Source: Botryllus schlosseri
Taxonomy: Eukaryota
Direction of reading: 5' to 3'
DNA: 64,000 nucleotides
Assembly: GCA_051294905.1 (NCBI GenBank)
Contig: CM119372.1
Location: 3,846,001-3,910,000 of the forward strand
This document shows, piece by piece, positions 41,079 through 53,744 of this stretch. The position numbers were made by a program, and so were the translations under genes. Numbering within the stretch: the first letter of the stretch is position 1; every line of letters begins with the position of its first letter. The notes beneath the pieces are model-generated. The model worked only from the letters and a program-made list of their open reading frames with translations, had not been told where the DNA came from and ran no database searches.

Positions 41079-42796
41079 GGGGGGGGTGGGGGAACTTGAG
41101 TAGGTAGGGGAATTTGAGTACATTCGACAAAAACTTTTGCTTTCTCAACATATCTGCTTAAAATTCCGCAGTTCTGCATTTATTCATTAGCTCACTATGT
41201 AAGCTCTAGATAAGACTAATAACCATTTCTATCAAAGGCCGATTATAGCTTCCACGTGGAATTGAAAGTTTGTGAATTTTTTTTTCATTTTTGACACCAC
41301 TTTTCAACTTCTTTGCAGACAGCATAAAAATGGTTGTTGCATATCCAAATATTGCTTAAGTTTGTGATAGTTGATCATGCTACAAGGTATGGCAATGCAT
41401 TTTGTCGATGGTGGTGAGAGTAAGTTTTAATTTGAAGAATATTTTTTGGGGGTGATTCGGGTATAGTATAAATTAGGGGTGGGTTAAATTGAGTATACTA
41501 CTAAATGATAACTTTTTTTGTTGCACTGTCATCAGAGAGGTTGTAGATACTCTTTTTAATCTTGTTATTCTGATTTTGTTACACAATTAGAGAGTTAAAA
41601 CAATAACAGACATGCTCAGGTATTATAAGAAGAAGCGAACCCCTAAATATGCACCACATGAATTCGATCAGGCCATCAAAGAAAGTAAGACAGGAAAGAG
41701 CTGTTATAATAGAGTCTGGGATTCCCTATGAAGCACTCATAACAAAGTTAATTAGAGCAACACAGAAAATTGTAGCCACAAGAGCAAGAATCGGTCGAAG
41801 AAAGTGACTAGATGAAAAGTTTGACTCGGGCAATTACTACACAGTACTCTCACAAATATTGAAAAAAGAATCAAGAAATTATTTAGCTAGTCATAATGTC
41901 AAAAGAAGGCATGTTCACTTGATCAGGCCATAACTAGTGAGGTGCTGACATCAGAAGAAAGCATGACCAGACTTTAAGATGAGGAGAATGTATGAAAGCT
42001 AAAACGCAAGAGCAATGATGTTGTGGTCAGTGACGATTATGAGGAGGAAGTGGCCACTCTAAGTACAGTTCTGAGATGGACTTGGGGAATTTGAAACAGT
42101 TCAAAAAGAGGAAGGATATCAACGAGTTGGATTGGCTCGTTATACAATACAGACAGACAAAGTTTCTGGGGCAGGTGGAAAATATGATGGGTGGCGGTGA
42201 AACATTTGTACATAATTTTTTCAACCAACGGGTTGCATATTTTCCTATCCCTGAAACATTGATGACATCAATTTCATGTTGAGAATATTCTCCATTTCAT
42301 TCAATGAAGTAATTTTCAAAGTGAAAGCACCAATTTCAGAAAGAAGAGGGGTTGTCAAATTTAATTTGAATCCAAACAACTAGTGAAACTTTGACATCTA
42401 ATTATTTCGTTCTGCTGTTCCTCCTAAAAAAGTTTCTCTTTAAACAACAATAAGAGATCTTGTTCCAGTTTCTTTTTTAAAAACATGACAATATACTCAG
42501 TTTTCCCATACAATGGGTCATTTGGGTATAACGTGGGGATAAGGCTTGCTTCAAGTACAATTTAGACAGTATACTCAATTTTCCCACAAAATTGGGGTAA
42601 ATTGAGTATACGAATTTGTAAAAAAAAAATCACAATATTTTTCCACTGCGAGCAAATTGAATCTTCAATCAATTTGCAACCGAAAATTCAACCATACAAT
42701 GTAACAAATATCAACCAGCCACCTATTTATTTGACTGTTTATGAAAATGACAGCTGCTCAAACTTGAAAATATACTCAAATTCCCCCATCCCCCCC
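41079..42796 (+). mobile_element. Nested degenerate pogo/Tc1-mariner-like element
   Basis: TIRs ggggggg(t)gggggaacttgagta...tactcaaattcccccatccccccc with TA on both sides; decayed HTH-psq-like coding remnant near 41610-41750 (YYKKKRTPKYAPHEFDQAIKE...GIP). Confidence 0.6.
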
Positions 42797-44391
42797 TATA
42801 CCGGATTGGACATCTGTCATATTTGAATGATTCATACATTTCAGGATATTAGAGAGTCCATGTTATAAAAACTTGAAAAAGGAAGGATATTAGCAAATCT
42901 TTCTTTCATGTTAATTGCATAGTGGATAATTCGAGCTGTTCCACAATGAAACAATTTAGCATGCCACCGTTAATCATATGTTTGCATATGTTTAATGGTT
43001 CTATGATAGTCATTCAACCGACAATGTGGCATATAATTTACGAAGTAAATTGTTAATACTGTTGGAGTCGGAGTCGGGAGTCGGTACGTTTAAAGACTCT
43101 GGAGTCGGAGTCGGTACGTTTTAAGACTCGGGAGTCGGAGTCGGAGTCGGTATATTGAAAATGTGTGGAGTCGGAGTCGGAGCCGGAGTCGGTGGTAAAA
43201 TTTACCGACTCCACAGCCCTGGTATGAGCACGAGCTATACGTTGCACTTACCGGTGAAAAGTTCTTGGATGCCAACGCTTTACAATCGACTCTTCGTCAC
43301 TACTTCCATCACTATCACTTCTTTCATACGACTCTGTAGATATCTTTTTTTGCCTCTTACTGCACCCGTAGGCGACACAAAGACTGCCACCACCACCTGA
43401 ACGCACTGTCTTTGGCATGTTGAGCTACACAGATTTTTACACAGACACAGCTGAAAAAAATCTTGACTGTTAGAAAATTTATTCATTCAAAGCTCTATGT
43501 GCATAGATTACAACAAAGCCATAATTAATTAAATATATTAAAACATCAATCGATATTCCATAAGGGATTTCACGCCGGTCGCTTCTACGGTCACACAAGC
43601 ATGTCTCATGTCTGTTTTACCTCCAAATCTGGATTTAATCTTCCTTTACCACACTGTCTACATATAGCTACAGGCTAACTTTAGTCTTGGTTAATTTTCT
43701 TGGTCATTTACAACCCAACAACCCCTATCTTTAGCTATTCGCAACCTTTCTTGGTCATTTACGACGTAAACCCTCATCAGTAGAGCGATTTTTTCTACCT
43801 AAAAGACGGAGGATTTGACCGGAAAATCAATAATTTGACATTTTTTTACTAAAAAAAACCTCAATTTTGACCTTATGTATGCAAATTAGGTGTCTTTGCT
43901 CATGTTAAAATTGTACTACTTATGTTCATTTCTGGTTGGAACTGTCTGTCCTTACGAAGCAGTTTGGCCTGACTACACGTTTTTGACATAAAAACTGACA
44001 GATTTTTACAGGAAAAACTTAATTGCAACGAAATCTGGCCCTATGAAGAATTCCAGTAGGTATATCCAGTAGTATGGTAGAAATAATCAAAATTTGCTGC
44101 AGTAGGCCTACAACGAAAGGTATATTTTCATAAATTCTCGGGTTGAAAGTGTCAGTCCTGACTAAATAGCTTGCCAAGAATGGAGAAAGAACGTTCAACA
44201 GCAGCAGTTGTTGGCTGACAACAACACTGATGTTGTGCGTACTATCGAATGTTAACATTCAATGTTTGCTTCACTCTATCAATGTTATCTACATCACTAT
44301 TTTTTCATCACGCGGTTCTTGATATCGGAAGCGCGCAGTGCCCAAGCAGTCTTGCTTCATAGGGTAGTGCAGTACGTTGACCAGTGACCAC

Positions 44392-47300
44392 TAGGGTTGT
44401 CCAAAATTTGAAAAATTTCGAAAATGCTGCGTTGTAATGTCTTATTCTATAGATTATTGATTAAAAACATCAACAAGCCTGAAAGAAGCTCTCAGGAACG
44501 TCGTTAAGATTTCTTACAAAGCGTTTGAAAGTAGCTGCCAAAGAGTGGGCGGGCCACCGACGGCGAAATTGCAACTAGGCGGGCAATGACGAAACCACGA
44601 TTCTTGATTGGGTAATCGGTTATGCTTCAATGATGACGGCGGCTGTCAGCTCTGATTTGGGTGCTTCACCGTGTTTGACAGAAGGAGTAGGTTTTGCTGC
44701 TGCTGAGTCTGTTGGTGACGGCTGTAATACTGTAAAAGCGTGTTGTGGTTTGATGAGTCAATAGTAGTAATGTAACAGTGGTTCTTCGAATGTATCAGTT
44801 GTAGCAGTAGTTTCTGTTTTGCGGAGGTCGAGTCTGTTAGTAGAGACGGGAATTTGTAAAGCGCATTGTGGGTTGATGCATCAATAGTTGTAATGCAACA
44901 CTTGTTCCTTGCTCAATGTTTTAGTTGCAGCAGCATTTTCTGTTCTGATGAGGTCGATTTTGTTAGTAGTGGTTGTGGTTATGTACAAGGGCATTGTGGG
45001 TTGGTGAGTTAATAGTCGTAATGTAACACTTGTTACTTAAATGTATTAGGCGTAGCTGTAATTTATGATAGAAGGCAAAAATATTACTGTCATGGCAGAG
45101 GCAAAACGGCGGAAGACTGTGCACTTGCCACAGAGAAGAACAAGATCTCGATCTGAGCATTACTTGGTCGGATATGCTTGCGATTACATCTGTGGCTCGA
45201 GATTACCAACCTTGCGAGAAGTAATGAGTTACTTTCTGCATCTGAAAGACCATTGCCCTCAGTCAACCCCTACTCGTGAGCTATGTAATGTGGTGATTCA
45301 TGATGTCATGACAGTGTGGCAAATATCGAGAATTGCCACAATACTTAAAGGAAATGCGGTGAAATTACTTGAAAAACTGAACAAAAAATATATTTTTCTG
45401 AAGGCGACCATGAAACGGGAAAGTGATCCCAAGGGTAAGAGGAAAAAATTCACGGAAGATTTGGACAAGTTGTGGGATATTGGAAGTACAGATGCGATAG
45501 CAATAATACAAAATGACATTTGTCTATCACATGATAGAAAGCTCGAAGACATTGCATTCTATGAAGATCAACAGCAATCTCGCAAATGCATAATGTTGGG
45601 AAGAGACAAGATTCTCGCTAAAGACATCGAAAAGAAAACAGCAACCATGGCGGATAGAACTGTTAAAAACATTCAACATGACTCAAGTGATGACTATGTT
45701 GTTTTAGCATCTTCTTCATCTTCAAAAGAGGGTGATAGTTTGAGTTCAAGTTCTGATTATGATGCTGATGTTGGTCTTGGCACCTCGACAGCCATTAAGC
45801 TGATGGCACCTAAAAATATTATGAATAATACCCATGTGTCCCAAGCTCTGGATCGATTGCAAATAACAGACAACAAGGCAACAATGCTGATCGGAGCATT
45901 TATTACGGCTTGTGGCGGTGACATAGCAATGTTCTCTCTGTCAAGATCTTCGACAAAGAGAGCCAGGGAAACAAATCGTCTTGAAATTTCCAAGGATATT
46001 TCAGAAAAATTTGCAGAAAATAAACCTCAACATGTTGCTATTCATTGGGATGGAAAGCTCACAGAGGATAGATTAGGAAATCGGTATGAGGCTCTGTCAA
46101 TTGTCCTATCTTGTCATCCTCAATACTCAGAAGGAAAACTACTTGGCATTCAAAAGATGCAAAATGCTGCAGGTCAGACGCAAGCAGAAACCACTTTCAA
46201 CATAATTGAAAGTTGGAATATAAAAGATGCTGTAACAGCTTTGGTTTTTGACACTACAGCAAGCAACAGCGGCTGGAAGAAGGGTGCGGCAAAGATTCTT
46301 GAAGACCTTCTAGGAAGGAAGGTGTTCTACCATGCATGTCGGCACCATGTGTATGAGCTGGTAGTGAAAGACGTTTGGAAATCTTTATTTGGAAAGGCCA
46401 CAACTGGACCAGAGAATGCATGGTTTGCCCACCTTAAAAGGAACTGGAGCAGTCTTGACAGGGAACAGCAATTCAAGACTCTGACTATTCCTCTATGTTT
46501 TGCTGAACGAGCTGCAATGATAGTTGATAAGTTCAAGCTACTGTTGAACAGAAAAGATTTTTTCACACGGGATGACTACAAGCAATGTGTGACTAATGCT
46601 CTTGCTCTTCTCGGTGCAGATGAAGATATACGTCATCACAAACCTGGTGCAGCACACCATGCGAGATGGATGGGTACAATTCTGTATGCTCAAAAGATGT
46701 TCATGTGGGCCGACCAATTAGATTACAAATCTGAAGAAGTTGAACTGCTGCGCCGCTTCAATTTATTTTTGGTTCTCTTTTATATCCCTGCGTGGGTGGA
46801 TTCAAGCATTGGTCGTGATGCAGCTGGTAATGACTTGAGATTCGTTCAGCACATGTTGAGTTATAAGGAATATGATGAGCAAGTTTCCACAGCTGCTTCA
46901 CGAAAGCTTTTGAAGCACGACTGGTATATTGTTGAGGAAACCGCTGTATACGCCTTGTTTTCACCGACGGAAAGCAAGGAAACCCGGGAAAATATGGCAA
47001 AGGCGCTCCTGCAAGTAGAGCGAACTTCCAGTTTCAGAAGGGGCCCACCCTCATTGAATGCAACTATACAGATCAACAAGGACAGTACGTTGTCTGACCT
47101 TATTGGGCCCCAGTCGTGGTACATATTTGAAGTTTTTGAATGCTCTGGGGATTGGCTGCGTCAACCGGTTGATGATTGGCACTTTTCAGATTCATTCAAT
47201 AAAATGAATTGCTACGTTAGTTCTGTCAAAGTCGTTAATGATGCCGCAGAAAGAGGTGTCAAGCTAAGCACAGACTATGCTGCAATCTTGACTGACAATG

Positions 47301-48095
47301 AACAGCAAAGAGACAGTTTGCTTCAAGCTGTGGAACAGCATAGGAAGATTTTTGGAGACAGCAGGAAGTCTACTCTTATCAAAGGCCAGTGATCTGCAAC
47401 ACTGACCCTGCGATATACTTTTTAATGATGCCTTTTGTAAATAGCATTTTTGCCTTTGTTAAATCTTGAATAAAAAGTGTAATATGCGTTCGTTTTAGAG
47501 AGAGACGTCGACTTACCATAACAAGCCATAAGGAGAAATTGACTACTGGTTTGCAATTTATGAGTTACAGTCGTTGTCAACTGGTATGTTTTAGAAGGCT
47601 CGAAGGTAGCACGATGCATGCATCTAGCTCATTCTTATCTTAATTGGCCAAGCTCCTGTGCAAGAAGTAACAAAACTGTTATACACAGTGTTCAGGTAGA
47701 AAATATATTACTGGATCGTTATGCTGTTGTCGATGGCAGCATTAACAACGTCAATTTACCATATCGCCAATGCCACGAACAGAAATGGCTGCAAACCAAC
47801 ACAACAGAGTAGAACGAAATCGTGACCAGCAATGATCACAAAATCAGTATTTCAGCCAATCAGTAGCTTATTATTACAGGTTCCAACCAATCAAAATTCT
47901 AGGTTCGTGATTGCCCGCCCACTTCATCGATTCCCCGCCCACATGCAGACGGCTACTTTCAAACGCTTTGTAAGAAATCTTAACGACGTTCCTGAGAGCT
48001 TCTTTCAGGCTTGTTGATGTTTTTAATCAATAATCTATAGAATACGACATTACAACGCAGCATTTTCGAAATTTTTCAAATTTTGGACAACCCTA
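44392..48095 (+). mobile_element. Apparently intact autonomous hAT-superfamily transposon (hATm-like)
   Basis: Long near-perfect TIRs (~150 bp, tagggttgtccaaaatttg...caaattttggacaacccta); exact 8-bp TSD GTGACCAC (44384-44391, 48096-48103); single uninterrupted transposase ORF. Confidence 0.92.
45065..47392 (+). CDS. hAT-like (hATm-type) DDE transposase, 775 aa
   Basis: Motifs IHWDGK (D1), FDTTASNSG (D2), ACRHHVYEL (CxxH), PGAAHHARWM, VVNDAAERGVK (E); no stops or frameshifts. Confidence 0.9.
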   Translation: MIEGKNITVMAEAKRRKTVHLPQRRTRSRSEHYLVGYACDYICGSRLPTLREVMSYFLHLKDHCPQSTPTRELCNVVIHDVMTVWQISRIATILKGNAVKLLEKLNKKYIFLKATMKRESDPKGKRKKFTEDLDKLWDIGSTDAIAIIQNDICLSHDRKLEDIAFYEDQQQSRKCIMLGRDKILAKDIEKKTATMADRTVKNIQHDSSDDYVVLASSSSSKEGDSLSSSSDYDADVGLGTSTAIKLMAPKNIMNNTHVSQALDRLQITDNKATMLIGAFITACGGDIAMFSLSRSSTKRARETNRLEISKDISEKFAENKPQHVAIHWDGKLTEDRLGNRYEALSIVLSCHPQYSEGKLLGIQKMQNAAGQTQAETTFNIIESWNIKDAVTALVFDTTASNSGWKKGAAKILEDLLGRKVFYHACRHHVYELVVKDVWKSLFGKATTGPENAWFAHLKRNWSSLDREQQFKTLTIPLCFAERAAMIVDKFKLLLNRKDFFTRDDYKQCVTNALALLGADEDIRHHKPGAAHHARWMGTILYAQKMFMWADQLDYKSEEVELLRRFNLFLVLFYIPAWVDSSIGRDAAGNDLRFVQHMLSYKEYDEQVSTAASRKLLKHDWYIVEETAVYALFSPTESKETRENMAKALLQVERTSSFRRGPPSLNATIQINKDSTLSDLIGPQSWYIFEVFECSGDWLRQPVDDWHFSDSFNKMNCYVSSVKVVNDAAERGVKLSTDYAAILTDNEQQRDSLLQAVEQHRKIFGDSRKSTLIKGQ

Positions 48096-48103
48096 GTGAC
48101 CAC

Positions 48104-48136
48104 CAAAGTCACTCAACTCACAGTTGAGTAACTTTG
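48104..48136. mobile_element. Second copy of the 33-bp palindromic mini-element
   Basis: caaagtcactcaactcacagttgagtaactttg, flanked by gtgaccac/ttggccac; abuts the hAT right TSD. Confidence 0.65.
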
Positions 48137-49099
48137 TTGGCCACAACTCTATCGAATGTAAACATGGAATGGCAACAACCGATTTTGCAGCTTCGTTCCG
48201 CTTCGCTGAGACCTTCCGAGAGAAAGCACTCACAAGGAATGGAAAGAACTAAAAAGGGTCGAGGCTTAAAAAAAATATCAACATCGAAAAGAACTGTGAC
48301 ATCAGGCACGCTAGGCCGAGGGGGATATCAGTCTAAAAAGATTGCAACTGCGTGTCGTTCGATTTCGATATCCTCCAATCTGTTCATTACATCGCATTGT
48401 ACATTCTGTGCAATGCTATATATCATTGATTCTGGGTGACTTGTTCAGATGAAAAATATAACTCAACGGATGGTTCGTAATTCCCTAAATGCAAGATTTT
48501 GTGGCCGGAGACGGATTGATTCCGACTGCAGAATTTGAGAATCTGCTTTCTGATGGCGACTTCGGCGAAGAAGCAGGGTTGCCCGATAGGATTGCCGCCG
48601 GACGTATACACCATGGCGTATTTTCTGGGTTGCGTGAGGGAATCTTTGCTGTGACGTATGCTTATTTGAAAGCCCTAACTTTTGAGGGAATTGATGAAAT
48701 GAGCTGGATATAGCTCAGTGGCTGGACCCGGCTGTACACATTGCACGGTTCATTGCAAGAATGTATCGCGCCGGATGTCGTATCCGACCCGTGCGCGCGC
48801 GGTATGCTTGAATAGGGCCTGTCCGAATGTGCAGACTGGCACTGCGGAGACACCACTGTGATGCTAATAGCACATCAGCAGAAATATGATGACCGCGTGA
48901 ATCATTGTGAATGTACATGGATAACATGATTTTTTTCGGTCTATAAAATTTGGGAATAACTGGAATATGTGTTGCCAGATTTCAAAATTCTCAGAAAAAC
49001 CGGTTGCTACCTCATAATATTTAGAGCTGGTCAACAAAAAGGATCCTGTTCCGTCAAATAGACATCCAAATGCCTACATTCTAACGATAAAACCGAAAA

Positions 49100-51600
49100 A
49101 TCATATTCACCCTTCTGCGACCCCAAGGGCAGATCCACTCCTTGCTACAAGTCGAAAAGACTATCCCAACATTACCCCAAAATATTTCAGCCTTCGGAAC
49201 ACAATAGGGGACCCAGCAGAATCTTTTGAAAATGAATATTTTTCTAAGAAATAGATATGAACATGATGATATTATAACGGATATTTAAAATATCAGTTTC
49301 ACCCCTCTGCGGCCCCAAGGGCAGAACTACTCCTTGCTACAAGTCGAAATAACTATGTCAATCTTACCCCAAAAGATATTTCAATCTTTGGAACACAATA
49401 GGGGACCCAGCAGAATCTTTTGAAAATGGATATTTTTTCAAGAAAAAAGGATGCCCGTAATAATATTATAACGGGTATTTAAAAAATTATTTTCACCCCT
49501 CTGCGACCTCAAGGGCAGATCCACTTCTTGCTACAAGTCGAAAAGACTATCCCAACATTACCCCAAAAATATTTCAGCCTTCGGAACACAATAGGGGATC
49601 CAGCAGAATCTTTTGAAAATGGATATTTTTCGAAGAAATAGGGATGCCCGTAATGATATTATAACGGATATTTAAAAATTCATATTCACCCCTCTGCGAC
49701 CTCAAGGGCAGATCCACTCCTTGCTACTAGTCAAAATGACTAACCCAACATTACCCCAAAAGATATTTCAGTCTTCGGAACATAATAGGGGACCCAGCAG
49801 AACCTTTTGAAAATGAATATTTTTCTAAGAAATAGATGAACATGATGATACTATAACGGATATTTAATAAATTATTTTCACCCCTCTGCGACCCCAAGGG
49901 CAGATCCACTTCTTGCTACAAGTCGAAAAGACTATACCAACATTACCCCAAAAATATTTCAGCCTTCGGAACACAATAGGGGACCCAGCAGAATCTTTTG
50001 AAAATGGATATTTTTCGAAGAAATTGGGATGCCCGTAATGATATTATAACGGATATTTAAAAATTCATATTCACCCCTCTGCGACCTCAAGGGCAGATCC
50101 ACTCCTTGCTACTAGTCAAAATGACTAACCCAACATTACCCCAAAAGATATTTCAGTCTTCGGAACATAATAGGGGACCCAGCAGAATCTTTTGAAAATG
50201 AATATTTTTCTAAGAAATAGATATGAACATGATGATATTATAACGGATATTTAAAATATCAGTTTCACCCCTCTGCGGCCCCAAGGGCAGAACTACTCCT
50301 TGCTACAAGTCGAAATAACTATGTCAATCTTACCCCAAAAGATATTTCAATCTTCGGAACACAATAGGGGACCCAGCAGAATCTTTTGAAAATGGATATT
50401 TTTTCAAGAAATAAGGATGCACGTAATAATATTATAACGGGTATTTAAAAAATTATTTTCACCCCTCTGCGACTTCAAGGGCAGATCCACTTCTTGCTAC
50501 AAGTCGAAAAGACTATCCCAACATTACCCCAAAAATATTTCAGCCTTCGGAACACAATAGGGGATCCAGCAGAATCTTTTGAAAATGGATATTTTTCGAA
50601 GAAATAGGGATGCCCGTAATGATATTATAACGGATATTTAAAAATTCATATTCACCCCTCTGCGACCTCAAGGACAGATCCACTCCTTGCTACTAGTCAA
50701 AATGACTAACCCAACATTACCCCAAAAGATATTTCAGTCTTCGGAACATAATAGGGGACCCAGCAGAATCTTTTGAAAATGAATATTTTTCGAAGAAATA
50801 GATATGAACATGATGATATTATAACGGATATTTAAAAAATCATTTTTACCCCTCTGCGACCTCAAGGGCAGAACTACTCCTTGCTACAAGTCGAAATGAC
50901 TATCCCAACATTACCCCCAAAATATTTCAGCCTTCGGAACACAATAGGGGACCCAGCAGAATCTTTTGAAAATGGATATTTTTCGAAGAAATGCCCGTAA
51001 TGATATTATAACGGATATTTAAAAAATCATTTTCACCCCTCTGCGACCCCAAGGGCAGATCCACTCCTTGCTACAAGTCGAAATGACTATCCCAACATTA
51101 CCCCAAAAATATTTCAGTCTTCGGAACACAATAGGGGGCCCAGCAGAATCTTTTGAAAATGGATATTTTTCGAAGAAATAGGGATGCCCGTAATGATATT
51201 ATAACGGATATTTAAAAAATCATTTTCTCTCCTCTGCAACCCCAAGGGCAGAACTACTCCTTGCTACAAGTCGAAAGGACTATTCCAACATTACCCCAAA
51301 AATATTTCAGCCTTCGGAACACAATAGGGGACCCAGCAGAATCTTTTGAAAATGAATATTTTCTCAAGAAATAGGGATGCACATAATGATATCATAACGG
51401 ATATCTAAAATATCATATTCATCCCTCTGCGGCCCCAAGGGCAGAACTACACCTTGCTACCACCATAGAATCCTATGAAAATTGATCATTTTTCAGGAAA
51501 TAAACATGCTCGTACTGATATTATAACGGCAATTCGAAAAATCATATCCAACCATCTGCGGCCTCAACGGCAGAACTACACCTTACTACAAGTCGAAATG
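49100..51600 (+). repeat. Left subterminal tandem array, ~12-13 units of ~193-194 bp
   Basis: gacccagcagaatcttttgaaaatg recurs at ~49210, 49404, 49597, 49791, 49982, 50176, 50370, 50562, 50757, 50950, 51137 and 51330. Confidence 0.95.
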
Positions 51601-52339
51601 GCGATCCCAATCATGAACTTTTCCGAAAAAAAACACGAATAATGTAGACCCACGGCATGTTCGTTGGTGTTCGACTAAAGTCAAACAATCACTTTAGATG
51701 GCACATTCACATGCAAACATAGAGGATATATAGAGTTCGTCGCAAACATAGAGGATACAAGTTTCATTCGAAATCAGTATTCGTTCATAGTATAAATACA
51801 GAAATATCAAATTGCGAGTCCATCATCGCTTTAGCTGCAATGTAGCTGAGGCTGCGTTTGTGCATTACATATTTAATGCAGATCTCTTTCAGTATAACGT
51901 ATCGGAAGAATTCATCAGCATGAAAATCGGGCTCCAACACTTTCATCAGTTCACAATTTTTTTTGATGACCGATGGATTGAACACATTCGTGATACGTGG
52001 CGCTGAGTACGCGTGCACAGTGACAGTCGAATTGACGCACTTTCTGAAGAGTTTCTTATGCAGGCATAACTTCGACATCAAATATCAATACGAATTTCCA
52101 GTGTCATCTTCTGGTAATAAGTCTGGCGGCGCTTTGCACTTAGTACGCTGAGCCAATTTGAATTGCATCATCAATTTCTTGTTGATAAGAAAAGTTCCGT
52201 GAGTTTGATGATTTGGTTCCTGGCACGCGTTTCGAGGCCTTTCACACAAAGCTGTGAAGTACGAGACTAAACTGTCAGCAAAGATTTCGTCAAATTCTCG
52301 TGGCATTTTAAACATTATCATTTGGAACTCCGTGACATT

Positions 52340-52771
52340 TTACATCCTGATTTCCAAATTTTCAATTGGTCTCATTCTTTTTTTCTTCACAATTTTTGGT
52401 TTGGGAGTCTCAGCTTCGTCGGCGGTAGAATCATCGTCGCTTATAATCAGACGCTTATCTGGGCGTCTTACATAAAAAAATATATATCCATTCTGAGTCT
52501 TCACAGTAGATGAAACGTCACGGCTTTCTCGATAAACGTTATTGTCATCATAGACAACTGTGGTACCATCCTTCTTCATTACGTTGGTGACGTAGTGTCC
52601 CGCGTTGACAGATTCGCCAAGCCTTGAAGCTATGGCGTTTAAATTAAAGAACTTGCCTCCATACTTAATCTGTTCCTCTGCTGCAAGGCTGTAGGAAAGA
52701 ATATTGCTACGATCGTTCCTTGGTGCATGAACCACCAGTAAACTCGGAGTCGACAAGATCTGACGATGCAT
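52340..52771 (-). pseudogene. C-terminal fragment of a USP (peptidase C19) deubiquitinase carried by the foldback element
   Basis: PSLLVVHAPR, FNLNAIASRLGESVNAGHYV (His box), VYDDNNV and GYIFFYVR; the Cys box is absent. Confidence 0.75.
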
Positions 52772-53744
52772 ATTGCATACCCACCACAGAGGTACATTTC
52801 AAACAAGGTTCTGTGGTCGAATCATCGAATTGCTTTCGGATATTGATATCAGAGCATTGTAGCAGTAGGCCTACAGCCTAATCGGGGTTTCGGGCATGCA
52901 TATTGCATACTCCTGATAACTATAGGCTATTGATCAATCCATTACCAAAGTCAAATTAAATCAGCGTTAGATTTACCATCCAATATTGGAACAGATCTAT
53001 ACAAACTTGAATATAATGATTACTGTGCCATAGCAATAGAAATGTCAAATTGGCGAAGAATCCATTGCTGTTACAGGCTTACAGCCGTGAAGGCTACGAC
53101 TACTCCATACTTGCCACATTTAAATGGCGACGATAACAAGGATAAAGATACCTAAGATGACACAGGGTGTAACTAACTATACAGTAAGAGGGCAACATAA
53201 TGCCAATGTTTGCCATACCGAGCTGCTTAGATATCTAAATACGCAACTCAAGCTAAGACCTTTTGATAACCATTCCCCATACCAGTTTGATAGTTTGGTG
53301 CGTCGGTGGTTGTACTAAGTCCAGGGTTTCTGAGTCACAATAATTCCTTCTCTGATTATAACGTTTGACCCGACTCAACTCAATTCATTTTTATTTTATC
53401 GCACATTGCGTCCGGGATCGAGTAATTCTACAAACATTCGCGCCGAAGTCCAAATCTCAATTTTCAGTCACGATTCATCAGCGGGTCATGTTTTACCATC
53501 ATAAACAAGTAGTGTAACGTAGTAATTGCTCTTCTACTGCGTGGTAACTTTTGAAAATGATGTAATAGTTAAGTTTGATGAGTAGTTTCAGGCTTCTGGA
53601 GTAGTTATAGAACAAATTTCCAGTTCTCAAATAAAAAAAATATATATTTTGCAGTTAAATATTGTCGAATACTTGAAAATTCGAAATGCCGTCGCGGGCC
53701 GCACAAAATGGTCTCGCGGGCCGCGTGTATGAGACCTCTGATTC

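Larger units (their letters stand above)
39524..43221. mobile_element. 3.7-kb non-autonomous hAT-like element in the THAP intron
   Basis: Perfect 17-bp TIR cagggctgtggagtcgg/ccgactccacagccctg; exact TSD GTATGAGC (39516-39523, 43222-43229); GGAGTC subterminal arrays. Confidence 0.9.
38388..43396 (-). pseudogene. Internally deleted THAP9/P-element transposase-derived gene (spliced THAP domain, HCF-binding motif, coiled coil, then degenerate transposase fragments)
   Basis: Exon 43396-43252 (CVAYGC...RTFHR) splices to exon 39439-39241 (FP...RRW...VCSDHF...LRENAVPT) and exon 39170-38880 (DHSY, coiled coil, stop). Shifted frames give YSKELQSFGMRLQYY and DILNSR..AKGYK...KTGFLGFLVCINS, typical of THAP9/P transposases. 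Start codon not located. Confidence 0.8.

Noticed and set aside
48854..48860. RSS-heptamer-like CACTGTG/CACAGTG near the foldback termini (Transib/ProtoRAG?)
   Set aside because: No 5-bp TSD fits these ends, there is no nonamer and no RAG1-like coding; the longer direct repeat and internal motifs fit a MULE better.
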